Positions 1 through 17,468 of a stretch of 64,000 bases of DNA are shown in pieces. A program made the translations under genes and the position numbers. Location of the stretch: the NCBI GenBank assembly GCA_040954595.2, contig CM082581.2, positions 6,626,699-6,690,698 on the forward strand, read 5' to 3'. The stretch is from Balanoglossus misakiensis. Its lineage: Eukaryota > Animalia > Hemichordata. The notes below the pieces were generated by a model. It had not been told where the DNA came from. It saw only the letters and a list, made by a program, of their open reading frames with translations, and ran no database searches. The stretch's first letter is position 1. Each line of letters starts with the position of its first letter.

Positions 1-676
1 TTCTATACCCGCATACTGTACAGTAGTGTGTTAGAGACAAAATTCTGCAGATCCTTTAAATCTCGGAGACGAGAAAAGAATATAGCCCCGTGACTCCCGC
101 CTACGACTGAGAGCAATATTGTGCCTTTTCCAAGAATCAGTGAACAATGAGCATCTCTTCTTACATCTTGGATCCATATATTTTTTGTTTATCCTCTAAG
201 CACTCTCTGGGAGGCGCATTCGGGTTTATGAAGAATAAATGTTAGAACGGACGCAGAATAATTTTGCAGTTCCTTAAATTGAAAGCGGTAAAAAATTAGG
301 ACGAATGTCGCTCCTGGCCTCTGCCTATATACGACTGAAAGCAACACTGGTGTTCTTCAGAAACAACTGGGCGCGGATGGGGTTATCACGTTTTAGCTTT
401 GGGTCCTGTGATTTTTTCTTTATCCTATCTGTATTCGAGTTCTCGATTTTGTTTTTAAAAGGTAATAAATGTCGAAAAAGGTAAAAAATATCGTGTGTTA
501 GGACTGCTCGGGGAAAGACGATTAATATGGTTCATGGCCCCCTTCATCTATGACTGAAAACTGTGTCGTGTTCCCAAGCAGCCACTGAAAGGTGAGGTAA
601 CCGTGTCACATCTTCAGTTCCTGTAATTTTTGTCCTGCCAAAGTTTTATTTTCGTGAACTATTGCTGGTGTTGGCG

Positions 677-3183
677 TTATCTTCTAAATCCTCTATAGAT
701 GTTTTCTTCGTCGACACGCCCTGCAACGTCGGTCCGCGTAGCGTCAAGGGCGTCCCTTTTGCCTCTCGAATCGTTTGTAGTGGCAAACTTTTCCGTTGCG
801 GCCGTCAGATTTGATGTGAACACTTCCGCGGCCAGTTCTTGCCATGTTGAAATCGAAACGTCTCCAGAGTTCAGTTCTTGCCGTGCTGTAGTTGATACGC
901 TTTCTGGATCTGGCTCGAACGATGCGGTAAATAACCCCCGCGCGGCACTGGTCGTAGTCATGGCATCATCGACCGCCTGAGTAGTAGTGTCGTCCAACCC
1001 GTGCATCCTTTCGACGTCAATCTTGCAACTTTGAACGTAAAGCTTCTGTTGTTTGAACACTTGATCCAGCACGGTTGCATTGATCCCGTCCGATCGTATA
1101 TTTAATCTCGGAAGGCTGTCGTCTCTTGCGTCTTCTAAGAAACCTTCATCGAACAACTGCGTATGAAAAAGAATGTCATATGGTGATGTATGATGTACGA
1201 CTTCACCTCGCACGACAATCTACAAATGCAAGAGAAAACACAATCTCTCCCTCCCCAGAGCCCAACAAGCGAATGGCCATTCCTATTCTGTAGACAATTA
1301 ATTTATACCACCACCATCTTACGCTGAAATATTTTTAATCAAATACCAAACAGTTAACTTTACCTTAGAGCTAAATTTGACGATAACGCGCCTCAGAAAG
1401 TATTCCACCTCAAGCACCGAAACACACCGACAGGTATCTCCAGAAGCGCACCATTGGTTAGATTTGACGAGTGTCATAAATTGTTGAAACCAGCGTAGAC
1501 CCCGCCGATAAAACTTCAGTCTTTCCTGCATTAAAATTGGAAGAAAGGAAATGACTATTTCTCCTCAACCAACGAAACAGCAACGAAAGGGAATGTGTAT
1601 ATATCGACGCCGGTGGCGCACTAACAGTTTTCAAAACTGTCCGAGTTGCCAGTTCGAGAGATAGTATGAAAAGAGTCCCTCGTGCACCGAAATGTCGAAT
1701 GTGGTTTTGATTACTGCTAGTAGTTTTTTTTTATATCTTGGAAAATAATAAGTCACTGCTTTACCGTTTCGTTGACTTGACTATGACGCGGCAATGGATT
1801 TGGCATGCCTAATTCATCCAGGTAGCTCAGTTGAAGTCCATCCATGGTGGTCGTCCCATTTGGGCAGCTGTTGATCTAAATAGGAAATTAAAAACAATTA
1901 AAAAACATAGGACGGTATAGTTAAGGGGAACGTACAACATCATTAGTGGGTAGTAATTTCTAGTATTCCCCAAGGGTGGTACAAGTGGGCAAATATCTTC
2001 GTCAACAGAAAAAATAATTGGACATTTTTTTCTGCGAATTGCCGCGGTGTGGGAAGTCAGCAGCAAGAGGGTTTAGAATGAATGAATGAATGAATGAATG
2101 AATGAATGAATGAATGAATGAATGAATGAATGAATGAATGAATGAATGAATGAATGAATGAAACTGTTATACTCACCAGTTTCTCATAGATCTCGTCACT
2201 GTTGCTGTGAAGTATCTCCAGGTCGAGAATCAGTAATTGCCAACTGAGAGAGTCCCGCACAGAAGTGAGAACGCTTGGCCAGTGCGCGTGCGCTGGGTTT
2301 CATGGTCGTGAGTTTCAGCTGTGTTCTTGAAGAAGCGTCACTTTCGACGTTCCATGTTACCATTGGCTCGGACACCCTTTGTGGAACTTTTGCCAGATGT
2401 GGATAGTCGTCGCCGGCCGTGCCTCCGGTTGAACTGGGTGAAGCGCCCTCTTCGGTTGGGGCGACTCCGCCAAACACCACGTGTGAACTGTCAGAAGGCG
2501 CCGGGATCCCGGATGACGGGAGAGGCAAGTTGAAACTTGCTTCCTTTCGCAGAGATGCCGAAGAAGCGAACGCCAACAGATTTGTCGTCAAAACCAGCAA
2601 AACTACTGTGAACGAAACTCACGATTTACCGTTGAGGCAAACGATATGTGATATAGGCCTATGTAGGCCTACGCTTAATAACTTTCTATCTTGAGATTTT
2701 CAAAGTGCAATAAAAGTTTTCTCGATCGTAACGCATGCTTTTCTTGAACAATGTTTCCTTGTCGTTTTGGAGTTAATTATGAGACAACAGTATCCCAAAC
2801 TTGGATAAAAGTGCGTAAAAACTGTATCGTATTGTTAGCTTGCGCACTTAACATACTTTAGTGTGCATGGCTAAATCTTAGTGGCCGAAAATGACAAAGT
2901 TGTCGTTGTGCCATGCCACTCTCTTGGAAGAAATCCATAAAGACTCGGAAAAAAAGTTCGCGGCTTGGTTCGAATGCCGCGAAAAAAATCTTAAATGTGC
3001 CTAGACTGTGAAATTGTGGAACATACTGGTTTTCATCTCAGGGAGCATCATCATAAAATGATAATATATTTTGTAGAAGTGACCGATGATACATATAAAA
3101 GCACTTAATAAAAAAATTAGACAAACTATAAAGTAATGTTTGGAGAGAATAAACGTACCTGGTGATGTATAGCCTTTTGCCAT
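677..3183 (-). CDS. Secreted pre-pro-protein, candidate IL-6/gp130-family long-chain helical cytokine; frameshift in exon 2 as assembled
   Basis: Five exons, all GT-AG: 3159-3183, 2177-2605, 1765-1875, 1364-1525, 677-1219; intron phases 1,0,0,0. Exons 1+2 give a signal peptide MAKGYTSPVVLLVLTTNLLAFASSA, then a Ser/Pro/Gly spacer ending RALAKR. Amphipathic segments follow: SWQLLILDLEILHSNSDEIYEKL, ERLKFYRRGLRWFQQFMTLVKSNQ, LEVEYFLRRVIVKF, VLDQVFKQQKLYVQSCKIDVERM. The frame changes near the (CT)n tract at 2246-2252. The gene structure is seen directly; the family call is inference. Confidence 0.6.
2076..2162. repeat. (GAAT)n microsatellite, about 22 units, in intron 2 of the cytokine-like gene
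   Basis: Perfect tandem GAAT repeats, directly visible. Confidence 0.98.
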
Positions 3184-3343
3184 CTGATTGCAAGTAACTT
3201 TTTCGGGAGAGGTGGCTTATTCGGAAAACAAACTTCAAGTTTTTCCCCAATAAAAGATTTCACGGGTGGCGCGGGAAATTGCTGCTCTGGTAAAGCGTAC
3301 ATGCGCTCGCCGAGAGAAATGACAAGTGCGTTCATTTATTGCT

Positions 3344-3676
3344 CTTATATATACCTCCACGGTGATGACAAATTTAACAGTTGGGAAAATTCATCCCGTG
3401 TACAGTGATGCTATTTTGCGCTTCCGTGATAGAGAGGTCTTAATATCAAGAGTGAACGTTAAATTGCGTGGCCCAAGAACAATGGGGAAACGATAAAGTT
3501 CCACCTGCGATGAGCTCACTTCACTACGTCATGGTGGTATATCCCTCCCCTGGTTTCGATTTGTGAAGCACATGGTCGTGTGTTTAATAAAAAGGGATGT
3601 ACTATAACAACACATGGCGATGCATGAAGACGGAAATATCGATCATTATGCTTCAACTTTCCTTTAATTGACGTCA
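3344..3676 (-). promoter_or_regulatory. Putative promoter of the cytokine-like gene: TATA box, kappaB-like site and CRE
   Basis: TATATAAG on the minus strand at 3344-3351, about 160 nt upstream of the ATG; GGGAAAATTC at 3383-3392; palindromic TGACGTCA at 3669-3676. Motif matches only. Confidence 0.4.
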
Positions 3677-4338
3677 TGATAAAATTTGGGTAAAGAATGG
3701 TGATAAAATGCAGTTTTAGAAACGCCGAATTGTAGTTTTTGTGACTGAGATGCTTAGCATCTTATAATTGCGGTCGGTTGTGTGTATGCACCCACAAGTT
3801 GATATGTGGCCCTACCACTGGCTACTTCCACTCCCTTTGATGTTTGTATTGGAGGCGGGTAGCCCTACGAGTAGGCTTATGCATGGCGAGAGTGTCTTCC
3901 TATATTAGTATGGAGGCGACGCAGTAAAACCGTCTCTTTCGCCATACATGTACTACTAGGGCCAGAGGTGGGGAAAACAGTCGAGAGAAAGGTGGAGTGG
4001 GATCCCCGGCACTGTACATGTAATTGTTCCGATGTCAGACATACAGTCTGCCAACAGGTTTTGCATACGCCCATTGGTCGCCCTTGTAAAGAACCGACCA
4101 AAACGTTAGAATGGACGGGTGAATCTTCAGATATGCAGTGTCGGAATACCGTCAAATCTTGGAAAATGCTAAAAAATGCTATCTCGGTGATGTCTTTTGT
4201 TCATAATTTCTTTGAGTTGAAGAAGTTGAACCTTCTTATTTACAAATATGAACAAACAATGTCAGTTGTGCATAAAGCGCGACAACCCTAATTTCACTTT
4301 GGTATCGTCCATGTGACGTCATAACTGCGTGGAGCAAG

Positions 4339-6734
4339 ATGGTGGTCCTGAAGGGAATCCCTAGAATCGTTTCGCCGGAACTACTCGATGTTCTGGCTCG
4401 CATGGGTCATGGAGATGAAATAGGTAGGTTCGAGTAATCGAGTCTCGTCCCGTATATACCGCTGGTCGCGCCGCTAAGCGCTCGGTGCGACCTGTGGTCG
4501 ACACCATTTGATTCTTCAGTACATATGCACTATATCCCGCATGCCTACAGTTACGCCCCCGGATACTGCCCCTCCCCTCGATTGCGAAACCGAAAGGTAC
4601 AAGCGAGCTCCCCAACACAAACTTCCTTCTTCATACCGTGGGTGGAAGAAGGTCGCTGCACTGGTGATCGCATAGTTCGCTTTCACTGCTGGTGGTCGAG
4701 GGTCTACGATAAAGTCTATGGTGGCAGCGTCAGGCGTGAATATGCGCACGTAATGCATTGTACATAGATTTGTACTATCCGGACGTGGACTCGACGCTGA
4801 GTTTGGGTCAGATCATCTCATTTCTTCCATTCGTAAGACGCATTTTCATTGAACTCACAAAACACATGAACAAAAATTGATTAATTGGCTGCCTGCCAGA
4901 CATACCAGTAAAGTGGCAGTGAAATACATGTACCAGCATTGACAATGACGTCATGTGTAGAGGCACGTTTCAATGCAGTAACCCTCTTCCCACATACAAT
5001 GTACATGCATGGGAACATATTTGTACCCAAGCTGGGAAATACTGAAAGAGGAAGTATATAGAAGCTGACGAAAGGGTGTGTTCAGAGGAGTGTCTCTCTG
5101 AACAGTTTAATCAAAACTTCTGCATTTCCATGCACATGTAAAGTTAGATTTGGAATGCAGTCACTGAATCGGTGCATAACGATTCAGCCAAAGAGATCTA
5201 CCAGTTAATAAACGGATGTGGTTAAACCAGTGACTTTTACTTGACACATGTAGCTATATATTACTTTAACCCTTTCACCCCAGTTCCTTCTATACATGTC
5301 CGAATTTACCATAGAAAACAATGTATTTGGACCAAACCATGGTGGTTTGTACCAGCTGAAACGGTAAAAGTAGTGTAATTTTATGTGTAATTGTTTTCCT
5401 TTCTTTATTTCTATGCAGTTCTGGCAGACGCGTATTTTCCTACCAGCTCCATATGCCGGCAGGGCCCCATAGAAGTCAGAGCTGATGGTAATTCATGTAC
5501 ACTGTCTTATCAAAACACTCTTTTTTAAAGGCCCATGGTCTGGCATCACTTTATATCAACTGAAACTACATGTACATTAAAACCTGTCTAAACCGGACAC
5601 TAAACGGATTGAGAATATACTACAGCTTGTAAAGGTGACCAGGGTAAATAATAGATGGAATTTAGACCTTGTAGACTTGTAGGTCTTTCATTTGCAGTGA
5701 GTTGCATGTTTTTTTTCTTCCCTTTTGCAGGGCACGGGATTCCAGCTTTATTGGAAGCGATCACAAAACTGATGCCTTTAGATCAGTATGTGGACCAACC
5801 AGTACGTGGAGTTTATTCAGTTTTTTTATAGAGGGGTAACTTCGAAGAAGATGGATAAGGTTAAAAAAATGCAATAGTACTTTACAGTTTTGTGTACATC
5901 GAACATTTTTGTGGGACTTAGCACCATGATAGGTAATGTTAACTTTCTGTCATGCACGGAACAGGCAAATGTAATGGACTTGGTACCTTCCGATAAGGAA
6001 AAGGGTTTAAAAACACCTGTATGGGATAAATACCAAGCCATAATCAAATAATCAACAAAGCTGAAGGCAAGGAGGTGAGTATTGCATTTGCAGTACAAAA
6101 TTCGTCCTCAAAATTCAGGGATATGAAATTAAAATCTGTTGCATGGTCAATATATTTTTCATCTATAAATATATATCTTACAGAGAGAGCTCTAATGTTT
6201 GACCTTTTCAAAAGGGGTAGAAATGACGCCTATATTTCATTTTTAGGTGTCCATTGGTCAGATTGAACGATTCGCATTCTATGACCGGGCAAAGACGACA
6301 TTCGCAGTTGTGCATACTGGGTTGGTATACATGTAATTACTTCCTATTGGTCATGAAGGTTACCATAGAAAGTATAATGTGCTGGAAATTTAGATAAATG
6401 AGAAATACATGGACCGATACCAGTTGCTTCCAGGCGATTGTTGTTATCACCCAAAGTTTAAGAAACATTAAAAAGAGGGTTAATTTCTTAAAAATACTTC
6501 TGTTCTTGTATGCTGATTTCCTGTCAACTGAAACTTGAAGTCCAAATGCCTTGGTCCCGTGACCCTCATCGTAACCACCATGAGTGTGTATTGAATTTCT
6601 TTCCAAGCAATAATGAAACTGATACACAGATTATGCTGCACTGGAATATGATTTTTTTTCCTGTTTGCACTATTAGGGAAACGGCTCAGTACGGGAACCT
6701 GATCCTGAAGAAGGGTGTTCTCATGGAGGAATAA
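4339..6734 (+). CDS. FUOM: Fucose mutarotase (RbsD/FucU family); this copy has a frameshifting 8-bp duplication in exon 4
   Basis: Exons 4339-4423, 5419-5487, 5731-5801, 5965-6074, 6247-6320, 6677-6734 give [36 protein letters not shown]...IERFAFYDRAK...VHTGETAQYGNLILKKGV. ATAATCAA is duplicated at 6040-6055 and creates TAA at 6049-6051. Confidence 0.93.
5266..5368. mobile_element. ~90-100 bp TTAA-flanked MITE (piggyBac-like ends), degenerate copy
   Basis: Begins TTAACCCTTTCACCCCAGTTCC and shares the core ACCATAGAAAACAATG..TTTGGA with the copies at 17376, 28350, 42475 and 46129. Confidence 0.7.
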
Positions 6735-7310
6735 TTCCAGTGGGTTTTGCCTTTCCGTATCTTGATTCTATTCCAGCTTTGCTCGGCCACGGAAGCATTG
6801 CTTATGTCATTGTCAAATCAACTCTCGAAGATTTTCTTTGATTTGGTGTTGGGAGGGGTCTGTTAGATGATCGCAATAAATGTTGACAAATGTGTACATA
6901 TAACAGTTTTAAACTGGCTGAATAAAGGACCAGATAATTCCTCATACAGCAATTCAGTGTCTCTTTGGTAAGCTTATCATAAACTGCCTCACAAATTTTC
7001 ATTTCCGGTTTCAACCAACATGCAGCACAGCCAATCAGAGAGGGCGTCTCTTGATGGCAGTGACAATAAACGTATATTGTACTGAAGATGCTCAGTGATT
7101 GGCTGATTCCAATGAGTCCACTCATGCACATTTAAATGTTTGCACATGGCTCTCTACCTTATAAAAATCGGCCGTGATATGATTCGGTTTTCTGTAATAC
7201 TCAGTGTACATAATTTGTGGTCATTTGAAAATAGGCATGAAGTCCTTGTCAAACACGGCACCGTCTAAAACGGACGTTCTTTCCAAGGTCTTCCAGTTTT
7301 CACAATCCAG

Positions 7311-12490
<5,180 letters not shown>

Positions 12491-12743
12491 GTTGACGTCT
12501 GTGCTTAGCTTATTTAGAACCACCTAGGTCTCTGATTGTGTACCGAAATATTGTATTAATTTTTGTAGGGTGGGATTTTGACATTTTCCCTACTTGTGTC
12601 GATTTAAAGAATAATAGCTGTATATACTCTGTTACTAAATGAAATTTTCAAATATATACTGAAGTATTATAACTTTATTCCTATCACAAATTCATGCAAG
12701 TTCATGCTCTTAGAGGGTCTTAATTGAGGGCGCTCGTTCAATC

Positions 12744-13965
12744 ATGGCGTCGACCAGGAAGAATTCTGTGGTATTGTGGTCTTTCTTGGCGGTTTTGCTT
12801 GAAATACTCAAATTTTCAATGACCGGTGAAGTCCCAGTTGATGGACCCTGTTGGAATGAAAGCTGTGGAGACACATACGAGCCTCATTCATCACTTATAC
12901 TCTGCTCATATCTGTAAGCATCATCGCCCGGCAGCGGAAGTTGAGGAGGTCCTCAACTTCTGCCTGAAAGTGACATCTAAATCTATAAGTATTACTGAAA
13001 ACAATGAAGGTCAATTACTGCGTTTAAATAGCATAACTAGGTTTAGTAAGCCTAGTCTACAGTATTGGAAACTTTTTATGTGAATGAAATTCCCTGTAGG
13101 AAATCTGATACAGTGATTTGGGGATGTGGTTTCACAAGCCAAACTGGCTGTTGTACTCTATCTGAAAATACATGTATATGCCTATATTCTTGTGCCATCA
13201 GAATGCCACAGATAAATTGAATTGTTCTAAGTGAAAGTTTCATACCAAAGTCTTTTAATTGTCTTTTACAGTCCCATGGAATACATTGAGTGTGATGATC
13301 CCATTGATCTGAACGGGAACACCACTGCAAAAGAAGAATTGGGTTATGGATGTGTTAAGGTGAGACAATGTGGCAAAATTCATAGTTTTGAAACCATATT
13401 GCAGGACGTTCATTGGGTTCAACATTTAACATATATTTCTGTCTTCCATCATTCCATTTGTCATGGTGTTTCTAGTTTGGTGGTCAGGCCCATGAAGATG
13501 TTGAGTTTACTAAAGTAACATGCCGCGCGTTGAATGGAATAGAGTGCTATGGGGAAAGAACCTTTCTTCGTGATGGATTTCCTTGCATCAAGTAAGTACA
13601 GATTCGCCAGACATAAATGAACATTTCTGAAGCAAACATCTAAGCCTGGCTGCCTGGCCAACTATTGTGTTAGGATTTTTTGTTCATGTCAAGAGTTTTT
13701 AGTCAATTGAAATTAGAACAAGACTGACAGTTTTATTCTCATTCACAACAGGTACACGCATCATTACTTCTTACCCACACTGCTCTTCTCGGTACTGCTT
13801 GGATTTCTTGGAGTGGACAGGTTTTGTCTGGGGCACACCGGCACCGCTGTTGGGAAACTTCTGACTCTGGGGGGACTGGGAATATGGTGGATTGTGGATG
13901 TGATATTGTTAGTACTGGGAGAGCTGCTACCAGCAGATGGAAGCAACTGGTGCCCGTACTATTGA
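12744..13965 (+). CDS. TM2D2: TM2 domain-containing protein 2
   Basis: Exons 12744-12913, 13272-13359, 13476-13591, 13752-13965. Signal peptide, [33 protein letters not shown], and the TM2 motif [43 protein letters not shown]. Head-to-head with STX18, about 250 bp between ATGs. Confidence 0.95.
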
Positions 13966-16900
13966 CATTTGTGATTGAAGATCAAAGGTTTGCAATCCGT
14001 GAAAATCAAGGAATGCTTGTACCAGTGGGAAACACAGGTCATAGCTGCCTTGTGAACGTGCAGTTTCTGATCAAAGGAAATCAATGTCAGTGATAACCAA
14101 GTGGATGAGCTGGGATATTCAACTGGATGGCTGCATCATCCATTTCATATGCAGTGCAGTCCTTGTTTTCCCAATGTCAGGTGTCTGCTTGAATAATCGT
14201 AATTACGAGAAGAAGAAATGTGCAATAATGTGCAATAAACTAATGTTGTTCAAGAGAACTGGAAAGAGTAAACTGACTGCATCATCGCGAACCAACAGCT
14301 ATACGAATGCAGAAATGGAAACTCGGCATTCCATTGTATGGCGACACCTAGTGGTGAATAATGTAGTTCTGTTGTTTTATTGCGTGAGGATATACAGAAT
14401 GTTTAAATGGAGGTTTCAGTATTCCAAAAAAGGAATGTTACAGTACTCATAGAAATTGTCTCTACCATCTTTCACCAAAAGTGCCTACTTTGTTGATATG
14501 GTCTTTTTTCATAATTAAAAGAGGACATGCAAATATTTCACGTATTTTTAAACCCTTACAAAGTCGCCATTCATTATGGTGTATACCAGTATTTCGTAAA
14601 ACTCTGTGTTTCTAAAGATGTTCGTGTTCATGGATCATGTCATTCTTGTTGTGATTTGTCATAAAATGGAAAGTTAGTTTGTGTTTTCTGTACAAGAGAC
14701 AGATAATTGTTCAAGAATTTTTTTCCAGCAAAGTCGTTGAAGCAACCCACTCACTGAAGACAGTATTTAATATTGATCCCTCAAGGATGCCTAGACCATT
14801 AACCATGTTTGAGTCTTCCCACAGAATTCCTCAGAGTATTGCGGGAATTTTCCTGCATATTTTCCTGAAACTGAGCCCTCAAAAAATGCTGACGTCAACA
14901 GTACATATTTTGCTCAGAAAAGTCCTTTATTTAAAAAAAACCCTGATATGGTCATTTTAAGAAATCATGTACTCAAACTTTGCTGAAGATAAACCTCATG
15001 AATTCCTCCTTTTGATGTGTATTTTGATATATCCAGTAAAGACGTTTGTAAGTTCACTTTCAAATGAGAGTACATCCTTTGTGCTTATATTGTCATAACA
15101 TGTATTTCTTGTAAAGCATGTTGCTTAACTGTCAGAATCAGAATTATTGTGACAAGAACAGCAAATAAAACTGAACTGACTACAAGCTTTTGCATCTGTC
15201 TCTAGTGTTGAAAAATCATTTAAAAGTTTCAACATATTAATCATACTCTTCACTAGTTTGCCACAAAGTCAAATTCATAGTAAGAAATTATTTTATAAAT
15301 GTATTCACGCATACAATCATGTCTGGCAGCAGTTTAATGTTAAAGGGGCAGTAACTGCCAAGGTTTCTGCTCGTAGCTGTAGCGTTAGACATTACAGACA
15401 ATGGATTTGGATGAATTATTAACTGCAGTACCGAGTACGTATCCACACACAGTTAATGCTGTCAAGCATAAAAAGGCAGTCTGAGGTAGGTCAAGTGTGT
15501 TTGCCCATTCCTGTACACACAGATGAGAGCTGTCGTGTTTGCAAAAGGAAAATTTATAGTCTGTGCCATTGATACGTGTACACATGAAGAGCCAGTGTTT
15601 ATTTTGCAGAATGGCCTTATGAATTTTATGAACTTCTTTATTTCTCACATCACAAACACAATTCATTTTACATTTGTGGAAAAAGTTAATTTACAAATAC
15701 ACCTTGCACCCCAATGCTGTGACTGAAAATGTTGAACACAACAACACAATATACACACATTTCAACAGGTAAAGATCAGTTATACTTTCACTGAACATCA
15801 CTTTGACAAACTGGACGGAATTGACTGCAAAATGTAATTCACAAAGGAAGTCTCCCCAGGTAAGGCACAAATAATGAACATTTCATTGCATGAAAAAGTA
15901 ATACTGGGCGTTTTTTTAAAAATAATTATGAGGATTTACATCACCAGAAGAGTTTTTAAAACCAAAAGACAGACATAAAAAATCAAGGACAAGCAAATCT
16001 TTGCATAGAATTGTATTCAGCCATGCCCCCACCCGAAGAAAATTACATACAAAACTTGTGTTTTCAGATTTGTAAAGTCATCTGGTGCTCATATGAAGTT
16101 TAAGTTGAAATACAATATTTTTAGAACATTTTGTGGGTTTTGTGACATGCATAATCAAACCAGCACTCAGTGTTAATCTCAGTGAAAAATCAACAAACCA
16201 GTGATTGAGCAAGTGTATGTGGCATACGTAGAAATATTGCACGCAATGAAGCTTTTGAACGGTTATATATTTTCATAGAAAGATGTGCTTTGTTAACAAA
16301 TTTAAGATGCTTTGAGTTGAGCAACACACACACAAATTCTATAAATAACACTTCTATTGTATTTTTGATGTTTTTCGGTGATATATATTCTTGCAAAATG
16401 CACATTACAATTTTCCTTAAAAAATAAATCATCCAGATACATTTCTGTAAAACAATCATTATTTATAAACCTGTGAAGAATTTTGTACAAACATAATTTC
16501 TTTGGAGTTTTCCATGATCTTTTGATTTTATAGCCTTATCATTCAGAGAAAGGTATTAGACACACAATTTACATCAATGTTGTAAACAGGCACTATGGCT
16601 CAAAACCAGTACAAAAATGCCAGCCTCTTGGAACTGCTATTGGATCCAAGAATACAACAACATGGCACCGTGTTTTTCTCTGCAAAAGTCAAGATTCCAG
16701 CCCCGTCTACACTATTTAAAGTACTTGCAGCTGCACAAGGCCCTAATTCAGGTGTTCGCAATTTCCTGAATTGATCATTTCAGTCGTCTTATTTCAGTGG
16801 TTTGTAAACCGTCCTAGCCCCAGGCCCACTTACCCCATTCATGAAAAACAAGTCCTATTCCCTTTAAACATGTGGCATTCTGGTTGAGGTTGGGATTCCA

Positions 16901-17375
16901 TATTAAAGAGAACAGAATTTCTCTGTACAGACATAGTGAGTTGACAATTTTAATTTGGCAAACATCTAATATGAGTAACGTTTTTTTTTTTCTGGTTGAC
17001 TTGATGTAGTGGCTGTAAGAACATGTATCGCTACATGGCTTGGAATGACACACGGCTAAAGATCATGCTGTATCTCGCCAAACAGTCAAGGGTCGTGTAC
17101 TTCTATGCACCAATGATTTGAAGAGAATCCTGGGGTCCCTTGTCAATGACAAACGACAATCATATTTGTTGTCTCCAAGCCATTCTCATTAGCTTTACAT
17201 TCCTCAAATGTGGAAACTAGGCCGCCCTGTCAACGCATGAAAGGACTGGGGGGTCCAAACAGTCATTCATTTTTCCCCAATACCTTGGGTCTACCCCCAT
17301 GTATAGCTGCAGTCCCGCCCCACCCCATTGTAACAGATAATGAGATCACACCAGAGCACCAGAGGGCAGAAGGGG

Positions 17376-17468
17376 TTAACCCTTTCACTGCCATGGTTCA
17401 ATCCAAACCCATTGTTTTCTAAATGTAAGGTTGGACCTCCATAGATGGAACTGGGGTGAAAGGGTTAA
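17376..17468. mobile_element. TTAA-flanked MITE, best-preserved copy
   Basis: TTAA CCCTTTCAC...GTGAAAGGG TTAA: perfect terminal inverted repeat with a TTAA duplication. Confidence 0.85.

Noticed and set aside
2057-2176. IHSF repeat peptide, or a CRISPR-like array
   Set aside because: It is the translation of an intronic (GAAT)n microsatellite. There are no spacers or cas genes, and the DNA is eukaryotic.
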